Source: an uncultured virus (IMG/VR IMGVR_UViG_3300017971_003573) (lineage: Duplodnaviria > Heunggongvirae > Uroviricota > Caudoviricetes). Taken from it: DNA of 64,000 nucleotides. Under the pieces are notes generated by a model, which saw nothing but the letters and a program-made list of their open reading frames with translations, ran no database searches and was not told the origin of the DNA. Positions 57,629 through 64,000 of the stretch are shown one piece after another (position 1 is the first letter of the stretch; every line of letters starts with the position of its first letter). The stretch lies in the IMG/VR virus record IMGVR_UViG_3300017971_003573; one strand, written 5' to 3'. The position numbers were made by a program, and so were the translations under genes.

Positions 57629-58452
57629 AGTTCAACACGCTCACTACCGGCGACGCGTTGCAGTGGCTACCCAAGCTGCCCGACGAGTGTGTCGACCTCG
57701 GCTTCGCCGATCCGCCGTTCAACATCGGCTTCGACTACGGAGACGAGTTCGAGGACAAGAAGTCCTACGAGGAGTACCGGGACTGGACCGCTGGCTGGCT
57801 GCATCAGATGCACCGCGTGCTCAAGCCGAACGGCACCCTCTGGGTTGCCATCGGCGATGATTGGGCGGCGGAGCTGAAGGTGCTGGCCAACGGCCTCGGC
57901 TTCAAGATGCGAAGCTGGGTCATCTGGTACTACACGTTCGGCGTCAACTCGACCAAGAAGCTGACGCGGTCGCATACACACCTGTTCTACTTCGTCAAAG
58001 ACCAGAAGGACTTCGTGTCCAATGCTGACCAGATCCGAGTCCCGTCCGCCCGTGCCCTCGTCTACAAGGACAAGCGGGCGAACCCGCAAGGACGACTTCC
58101 TGATGATACCTGGATCCTGCGTCCCCAAGAGCTCCCCGAGGGGTTCGACGCAATGGATGATACCTGGTTCTTCAGCCGCATCGCCGGGACTTTCCATCAG
58201 CGGGAGTACGGGGCAGCCAATCAGATGCCTGAGCAGCTACTAGGCCGGATCATCCGGTTCTGTAGCAACGAGGGTGACGTCGTATTGGACCCGTTTACAG
58301 GCACTGGGACCACTTTAGCCGTTGCCAAAAAGCTCAATCGGCGGTACCTTGGCTATGAGATCAGTGCCACATTTGCAAGCCGTGCCAGGGATCGCATCCG
58401 CAAGGCCAAGCCGGGCGAGGAGCTCGACGGCCCGATCCCGCAAGGAGGATGA
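57625..58452 (+). CDS. N6-adenine/N4-cytosine DNA methyltransferase (beta class)
   Basis: FADPPFN precedes VLDPFTGTGTT. Confidence 0.9.
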   Translation: MKFNTLTTGDALQWLPKLPDECVDLGFADPPFNIGFDYGDEFEDKKSYEEYRDWTAGWLHQMHRVLKPNGTLWVAIGDDWAAELKVLANGLGFKMRSWVIWYYTFGVNSTKKLTRSHTHLFYFVKDQKDFVSNADQIRVPSARALVYKDKRANPQGRLPDDTWILRPQELPEGFDAMDDTWFFSRIAGTFHQREYGAANQMPEQLLGRIIRFCSNEGDVVLDPFTGTGTTLAVAKKLNRRYLGYEISATFASRARDRIRKAKPGEELDGPIPQGG

Positions 58453-59012
58453 CAATGGCGAAAACGCCATCGGGACACCCGTCCCAAGTTACGAAGCAGG
58501 ACTTGGAGTATGCTGCCGAAGATGCTCGTAGGATCGTCGGCGAGAGCTCCCTCCTGCAAACGCTCGTCGCGGCATTGATCGTGTCGCGGCGGCTCTACAT
58601 GGTCACCCGATCTGCCATGGACAACGAGATCATCCGTGGCTGGGAGATCGAGAACCCCGAGCTGGTCATCCAGACGCTGGTAATGTCAGCGCAGGACAAG
58701 GCCAACGAAAAGTTCAAGATCGCTGACCTTCAGCAAGGCGTACTTGGCACCGTCGTGCCGTTCCTCGACATCATTGCCCTACAGGCACAAGAGACCGGGG
58801 AGGACATCGACGGTACGCAAGATTTCACGACCGAAGAGACCCCAGATAATGATGGGACTAATGAAGAAGGACAAGAAGCCGCCCCTGTACTTCCTCGGGA
58901 CGATACGTCAGCCGAGGGAGAACTGGGAGCACTGGATGGCGGAGCCGGAAGCGGCGACCGAGAAGACGATCCAGAAGAAGCGGGAAGAACAACGCAAGAT
59001 GGCACCCCGTAG
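58449..59012 (+). CDS. hypothetical protein with an acidic tail
   Basis: ATGA overlap; AGGAGG RBS. Confidence 0.6.
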   Translation: MTMAKTPSGHPSQVTKQDLEYAAEDARRIVGESSLLQTLVAALIVSRRLYMVTRSAMDNEIIRGWEIENPELVIQTLVMSAQDKANEKFKIADLQQGVLGTVVPFLDIIALQAQETGEDIDGTQDFTTEETPDNDGTNEEGQEAAPVLPRDDTSAEGELGALDGGAGSGDREDDPEEAGRTTQDGTP

Positions 59013-59490
59013 GTGCCTGACGGGTTACGTGAGTGAGCTGTGTGTCCTCGACCGTGATGGCACCCAGATCCTCTCAGCCCAGTGCAGTGGTGCTTCCAAC
59101 GACTTCTTCTCGGCCAGCAACATGTTGCTGGCGTTCTTCGAGGCCAACCCCGAGGCCATCCCCGCCGTGGATCCGATGACGCACGACGACATCGGGATCC
59201 GCTGGTTCGGCTTCGACATCCGAGAGACGCTGGCAAACATCGCCCTCGCCGGTATGGCTACGGGGGTTGCTGTGCCGCCAGGCGCATGGCTTTACCGGCC
59301 ATTCACGGTCGCACCGTTCTGCGACCCATACGAGATGATTATCCCCTCATCCGACCGCAAGGACTTCGCGCTTGACGCACTCTGCGAGTACCTGAACCTG
59401 ATGGAACTGCTCAACGAGTGTAATTGTGCCCAAGCGTGGGCCGAGCTGGCGCGCCAGTTGGTAGTGAAGGCCAATCTGGTGCCCATGTAG
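58849..59490 (+). CDS. hypothetical protein (possibly a degenerate exonuclease fold)
   Basis: WFGFDI...FCDPY...LDALC; start uncertain. Confidence 0.45.
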   Translation: MMGLMKKDKKPPLYFLGTIRQPRENWEHWMAEPEAATEKTIQKKREEQRKMAPRRCLTGYVSELCVLDRDGTQILSAQCSGASNDFFSASNMLLAFFEANPEAIPAVDPMTHDDIGIRWFGFDIRETLANIALAGMATGVAVPPGAWLYRPFTVAPFCDPYEMIIPSSDRKDFALDALCEYLNLMELLNECNCAQAWAELARQLVVKANLVPM

Positions 59491-59498
59491 GAGTTGTT

Positions 59499-60260
59499 AT
59501 GGATCCCGATCGAGAGCTGCCGAAGCGAGAACAGCCGGATTTCGTCGAAGGGGAAATCCCTCACGAACAATTCGAGAATACCGACTTCGAGCCGCTGGGT
59601 GTGGAGACTCACCCCCTCACCGATCCTGGTGACGATGCACCAGTACGTGAAGAACGAGAAGTGACTGTATCTGACTTGGCACAGGACGGCTTCCGATTCT
59701 TCACGACGGCATTGATCATCACGCACGGGTTGTTCGATCGGGATCCGCTGGTGGAGTTCAGCCGCCAGGCAGCTCCTGATGCTGCTGAAGATGAGTTCCC
59801 GTTTGCTGTCGACTGCCAGTTCCCGTTCTTTCAGAACATCGGGCAGTCGGTGGTGAACGATCAGCTCATCAACTGGGATCACAGACTCTACGGCATTCCA
59901 GAGCACAACTGGGCGGCGTGCGAGAACTTCATCAAAGCGATCGCCATGTTCGATGCCGAGAGATACCACTATGCCAAGATCGGCTCCCACTTGCTGACGA
60001 TCGTCGATCCGACGATGTTACACAGCGGCAAGGTCATCACCGAACTACCAACAGTCGACATCACAGTCTTCTGTGTGTCCGGCTATCGCAATTTTGTATG
60101 GATGGCACCGGCCACCGATCCACCGCGCACGCAACCTTTTCCAAAGGTTGATCCGCCCATGTCGGGGATCAAGGCCGAAGCGGAAGCTATCCTCGGCCCA
60201 CCCCCGTCACCCGAACAAGTAGGAAAGTTCAATGGACCTGACGATCGATCTACCCCGTAA
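59499..60260 (+). CDS. hypothetical protein
   Basis: AGGAG RBS. Confidence 0.6.
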   Translation: MDPDRELPKREQPDFVEGEIPHEQFENTDFEPLGVETHPLTDPGDDAPVREEREVTVSDLAQDGFRFFTTALIITHGLFDRDPLVEFSRQAAPDAAEDEFPFAVDCQFPFFQNIGQSVVNDQLINWDHRLYGIPEHNWAACENFIKAIAMFDAERYHYAKIGSHLLTIVDPTMLHSGKVITELPTVDITVFCVSGYRNFVWMAPATDPPRTQPFPKVDPPMSGIKAEAEAILGPPPSPEQVGKFNGPDDRSTP

Positions 60261-60570
60261 CTGGGAAGTCAAGAGTATCGAGGTTGATACCAAGACCAAC
60301 CGGATTACGATCAAGCCCCTCTTCCTGAAGGGCCAGACGCAGTCCACCGTGGCGCACCTGTCTACGACGGGTGACAGCGGCAGGAGCGTCAAGTCATTAC
60401 TGACCCTCAACGGCAACGACGGCTTCCCGCGTGTCGTGCGAGTTGTCGAGTCGGACAAGCAACAAGGCTTCGACACCCCGGAGACACCGGTGCCAGTGCC
60501 GGAGCCGCCGCAACCAGCGGGCAAGTCAAGGAAGCCAAGCTCCGTGCTTCAGGAGGGTGACGCCGAGTAA
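60232..60570 (+). CDS. hypothetical protein
   Basis: AGGA RBS. Confidence 0.55.
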   Translation: MDLTIDLPRNWEVKSIEVDTKTNRITIKPLFLKGQTQSTVAHLSTTGDSGRSVKSLLTLNGNDGFPRVVRVVESDKQQGFDTPETPVPVPEPPQPAGKSRKPSSVLQEGDAE

Positions 60571-61151
60571 TGCAGAGTACCCGCTACACCAAGACGTTCA
60601 TCCGCCAGGTCTGGTACCGACGCGATCGCGACAACGAGACAGATGGCGGTGTCCCTCAGTGGATCTTCCTGCACGAGGAAGGTGCCGAGCTGGACGATCA
60701 AATACGCGTCTGGGTTGATAAGACCCAGGCAATCATCATTCACCCCGGTCAGCTTGGCATCCACACCCAGTGGCAAGACCAGCAGCTCTCAGTGAAGTGC
60801 GTGACGACCGGGCTTACAGTTCTTTACGTGGAGGGTCAAGATGCCCAGAGAGAGCGATGCAGAACGGAAGAGGCGTGCGGTCCAGCAGAAGCAGGCGGGC
60901 CAGTCCCCTTCGCCGACCCCGAAAACCCCGGCGGAGCAACCGCAGGCCCAGGCACCACCCGCACCGCCGGAGCCGGAGCCAGAAGCCCCGACGCAGCCAG
61001 AGCCGCAGACATCGGAGTTACCGCAAGCACTCCAGCAGCCGGTAGTGGAGAACCCGCTGCCGGTGGTGCCTCAAGCTCCCCTGGCCCCGGTACCGAGCCA
61101 ACAGGCGGCGCAGGAAAGCCAGCCAGCCGTAAGCGACCAGACCTCTTCTGA
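60570..61151 (+). CDS. hypothetical protein (C-terminus overlaps the next gene)
   Basis: TAATG coupling. Confidence 0.45.
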   Translation: MQSTRYTKTFIRQVWYRRDRDNETDGGVPQWIFLHEEGAELDDQIRVWVDKTQAIIIHPGQLGIHTQWQDQQLSVKCVTTGLTVLYVEGQDAQRERCRTEEACGPAEAGGPVPFADPENPGGATAGPGTTRTAGAGARSPDAARAADIGVTASTPAAGSGEPAAGGASSSPGPGTEPTGGAGKPASRKRPDLF

Positions 61152-61647
61152 GCAAGCGCTCACGCCACTGGCGGCGAAGATGCTCAGCAAGGTTCCCGCT
61201 GCGCAGCTCCTACTGAAGCAAGTCATGGACTCGCAACAGGTAGAGGGCCAACAGTTCCACCTGGTCATGTTGCCCGAAGACGGCTACCCGCAGTTGGAGA
61301 CGTTCACGAGCGTCGACGAACTGATCGAGAAAATCCGCGAGTGCTTCGGGCAGGAGATTTCACTGTTCCCGTTCATGGGCAACTACATGCCCATTACCAA
61401 GGGACCGAACCGTTACCTTATGACACCCTTTGGAAACCTCCCGCTGTTCGTAATACCGGATGCGGACGAGGTCGACATCGAGGAGCATGGGTACGTCGGA
61501 CCTGATCCCACGACGCTTGATCCACCCGAGGCAGCTCGTCCGCCGGAGGAGGGTGAGGCCGAAGAGGAACAGGTCACGCAGCCGCAGGCTGCACCGGCGG
61601 TACCGGCTCCCGATGACGACGAGACGCCCGTGCTGCCGCAAGACTAA
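60841..61647 (+). CDS. hypothetical Pro/Gln-rich protein
   Basis: GGAGG RBS. Confidence 0.6.
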   Translation: MPRESDAERKRRAVQQKQAGQSPSPTPKTPAEQPQAQAPPAPPEPEPEAPTQPEPQTSELPQALQQPVVENPLPVVPQAPLAPVPSQQAAQESQPAVSDQTSSEQALTPLAAKMLSKVPAAQLLLKQVMDSQQVEGQQFHLVMLPEDGYPQLETFTSVDELIEKIRECFGQEISLFPFMGNYMPITKGPNRYLMTPFGNLPLFVIPDADEVDIEEHGYVGPDPTTLDPPEAARPPEEGEAEEEQVTQPQAAPAVPAPDDDETPVLPQD

Positions 61648-61753
61648 CAACCCGCGTGAAACCGGGCATATTTAAGTGCAGCATACTTAGCTCTCCGAGA
61701 GAGCATCCTATTACAAACAGAACCAAAGGAGGAAAAAGTGAAAAGGACATGAG

Positions 61754-61957
61754 ATGCCGCAGTTGATCACGTTTGACGGGAGACCAGTTGCCGAGATGCA
61801 CCGCATCGGAAAGAACACGATCAAGTTGATCTTCCCGAACAAGGTACCTGGTCAAACCCGACCCACTGCCACAATAACGCAAGCGCAGTGGGATGAGCTC
61901 GGCACCAAAACGTGGGTTGCCGAGAAGCCCGACCTTCGGGCGATGGCTACTGATTAG
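61754..61957 (+). CDS. small hypothetical protein
   Basis: AAGGA RBS. Confidence 0.55.
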   Translation: MPQLITFDGRPVAEMHRIGKNTIKLIFPNKVPGQTRPTATITQAQWDELGTKTWVAEKPDLRAMATD

Positions 61958-61981
61958 TTAATCTCCTTTCAGTGAGAGGAT

Positions 61982-63292
61982 GTGTCGACAATGTCGAACA
62001 ACAAACCCAAGAAGAAGCGTCCTGACCACCCGATCTCTCGCCTACACAAGCGAGCGATTATTAAGTTACCGCCGTCTGTGCGGAACAATCTGACCGAGAC
62101 CTGGGCCATCACCGCGCGGCCTGGCGATCGAACGGATAGTTTTCTCGGAAAGGCGATGCGCCCGTTAGGTGCCGCCCGCTGGATCGTACTCCGGTACGTC
62201 CACGCGACCGGCAAGAACGGGTGCAAGAAAGTGGTGATGCCGCTCTGCGGTTATACCACCCGGATCGAGCCAGCGACGGCGAGGATCAATCTGGGTGGCT
62301 CGGCGAACAACGAGTTCGCCTACGATTTTTCGCTCCAGCCCTGGTGCGGAGCAAAGAGCCGTATCGTCGATCCGATGCGTAACCCTTCGCTGGCGTTGAT
62401 CGCGCTCGACATGCACAAGCTCTGTCAACGCGCAACAGAGCGACGGCATGTGCTGGATACCCAGCCCCAGCTCCCGCAGTACGTCCTCGGCTTCGCCGCG
62501 AAGCCGGAGATGGTCGACTCGGCCCCGCTCCGTCAACGTATTGCCGACCACATGGGTCGGCCACGTAAGTATGTAGACTCGCTGGGTGAGGAGGCGCTGC
62601 ACCCTCTGCTTCAAGCAGAGTGGGACTCCGTTATTGTACCGCCTGGCCAGGCGGACAACGACTCGTCGCTGTTCCGAATCCCAAACCAGTTCTACCCGAA
62701 CGCGAAGAATGCTCTTCGCATCTGGGAAGACCATTCGGAACTTTTGGGTGTTGAGATTCGTAACCCTGTCCTCGATCTGTTGGACGGACGTTACAAGATC
62801 GCCAACCCGACCCGCCGCGTCGCGAAGAAGGCCAAGATCAGCCTGGCCCACGACGCGATCGACGCCATGGACGACGAGAAGCAGCGCGAGCTTATCAAGC
62901 TCGTCCGCGACGCGCTCGGAGTCGACGGCGATCTGGTGTCCGATGGCGACATCGCCGGAGGCATCCTGGCACCGAAGGAACCTATTGTTCCAAGTGCGGC
63001 GAAGGACGCCTTGAAGGAGATCCCGGACGACCGGCTCATCAAAGTGATGAAGCGGCTTGCCGGGCGTCACGCCGACGCGTGTCGCGAGAGCGACTTGTTG
63101 GAGGCCGCCCGTAACCCGGGCAAGCGTTTGTTTGCGGCGGGGTTGGAGCGTATCCAACCCCTGCGGAAGGAGCACTGCTCCGATCCGTACAAGATCGAAG
63201 CTCCGCACCTGATTGCGGACTTCGGCACCGTCCAAGCCCGATGGGACTTCACCAATGGACCCGCTAAGAGAACTCGTAAGGGTACCCGGTGA
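61982..63292 (+). CDS. hypothetical protein
   Basis: 436-aa ORF. Confidence 0.65.
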   Translation: MSTMSNNKPKKKRPDHPISRLHKRAIIKLPPSVRNNLTETWAITARPGDRTDSFLGKAMRPLGAARWIVLRYVHATGKNGCKKVVMPLCGYTTRIEPATARINLGGSANNEFAYDFSLQPWCGAKSRIVDPMRNPSLALIALDMHKLCQRATERRHVLDTQPQLPQYVLGFAAKPEMVDSAPLRQRIADHMGRPRKYVDSLGEEALHPLLQAEWDSVIVPPGQADNDSSLFRIPNQFYPNAKNALRIWEDHSELLGVEIRNPVLDLLDGRYKIANPTRRVAKKAKISLAHDAIDAMDDEKQRELIKLVRDALGVDGDLVSDGDIAGGILAPKEPIVPSAAKDALKEIPDDRLIKVMKRLAGRHADACRESDLLEAARNPGKRLFAAGLERIQPLRKEHCSDPYKIEAPHLIADFGTVQARWDFTNGPAKRTRKGTR

Positions 63293-63533
63293 GCTAGACG
63301 ATTGGCTGGAGGTCCAGGACAATCAGCCCACTGCGTTCCCGACCGAGTTGCCCGAGTCAGAGCACGTAATGCTAGTGGTCGCGGTGGCGACTGGCCCGGT
63401 GCTCCGGGCCTTTCTCATCGAGACAACAGAGCATCTTGAGCTGGCCATCAACCCGTACTCCTTCTGCGAGGCACGTCGATTGTTTTACACAGTCAGGCGT
63501 TCATCGCTGGAATTGGTTTTGGAAAAGGAGTAA
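63289..63533 (+). CDS. hypothetical protein (start uncertain)
   Basis: ORF ends just before the terminator; the 5' coordinate is approximate. Confidence 0.35.
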
Positions 63534-63540
63534 ACTGCGA

Positions 63541-63585
63541 GCAGCGGCCCGGGGCTTCGGCCCCGGGCACTGCCGCTTTTTCTTT
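63541..63585 (+). terminator. intrinsic terminator
   Basis: GCCCGGGGC-TTCG-GCCCCGGGC (cUUCGg tetraloop) with an extended stem and T-tract. Confidence 0.85.
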
Positions 63586-63614
63586 AACTATCAGAGCTCA
63601 TAGAGGAGCCTTTC

Positions 63615-64000
63615 ATGCCCCCTAACAACAACCCTATCAGGATCGACCCGTTCTTCGACGGCGAAGGCGGACCCCCGACAGAAACGCAGCTTCCCGCATA
63701 CGATGGCCAGACGCAGCAGGCAGTACAACCAGCGCCAGTCCTGTCGCCGGGCTATGTTGACGCCCGCCAGGCCCAGCTCGGTGATGGCCGTCCGATGGCT
63801 AACGTAATGCGGCCAGGCCCGGAAGGGCTTGCTGGGACCGTGGTCCCGCACGCCACCATGGGCGGTATCCCACAAGGTACGCAGCCGCACCACACTCGCG
63901 ATACCGAAGTCCACGTCGACCCCCATGTGAGGGGCCAAGACTCGCACGTCCGGCTTGGCGACATTAGCCCGCAGGCGATTGCAAGGGCCACTGAGCTGGC
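63615..64000 (+). CDS. hypothetical protein, runs off the window end
   Basis: GAGGAG RBS; MPPNNNPIRIDPFFDG..., open to the window edge. Confidence 0.6.
   Translation, partial: MPPNNNPIRIDPFFDGEGGPPTETQLPAYDGQTQQAVQPAPVLSPGYVDARQAQLGDGRPMANVMRPGPEGLAGTVVPHATMGGIPQGTQPHHTRDTEVHVDPHVRGQDSHVRLGDISPQAIARATEL

Larger units (their letters stand above)
1..64000 (+). mobile_element. Large (possibly jumbo) phage genome segment: early and DNA replication/nucleotide metabolism region
   Basis: Nearly all genes are co-oriented and tightly coupled, with many small orphans. The gene set is phage-typical (NrdJ, ThyX, dUTPase, PolA, DnaB, primase, SbcCD, RecA, RuvC) and there are no ribosomal or housekeeping operons. 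Confidence 0.88.

Noticed and set aside
1..64000. Other long minus-strand ORFs (e.g. 3200-4300, 34055-35221, 41315-42391, 62165-63322)
   Set aside because: They lie opposite motif-bearing or RBS-supported + strand genes and are expected from high GC3 codon bias.
1..64000. tRNA genes, reverse transcriptase/DGR or retron, integrase, structural genes
   Set aside because: No supporting motifs were recognised in this window.

Overview
The window looks like the early/DNA-metabolism arm of a large, GC-rich dsDNA bacteriophage. Genes are densely packed and often overlap, and all credible ones are on the + strand except one csrA homolog. No virion genes, rRNA, tRNA or CRISPR array were seen. The first ~22 kb is mostly small orphan genes plus two ParB-like proteins and a class II ribonucleotide reductase. 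A sugar-modification cluster follows (DHS-like protein, HldE, glycosyltransferases). After it comes a replication/recombination block: Mre11/Rad50-like pair, SF2 helicase, DnaB-like helicase, primase, TOPRIM protein, UDG-PolA fusion, probable SSB, RecA-like protein, ThyX, dUTPase, DEDDh exonuclease, RuvC-like protein and a DNA methyltransferase. The most notable feature sits inside this block: an IS110/Tas(Nop)-like protein with a decayed RuvC domain is directly followed by a stand-alone minimal RAMP/Cas7-like gene. That gene has its own sigma70 promoter, with tandem NrdR-like boxes upstream, and is followed by an SF2 helicase. Non-coding features include a 19-bp motif found three times upstream of genes, several long hairpins with G-U pairs, and two ncRNA candidates. 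All protein calls come from motif recognition by eye; no database searches were run.
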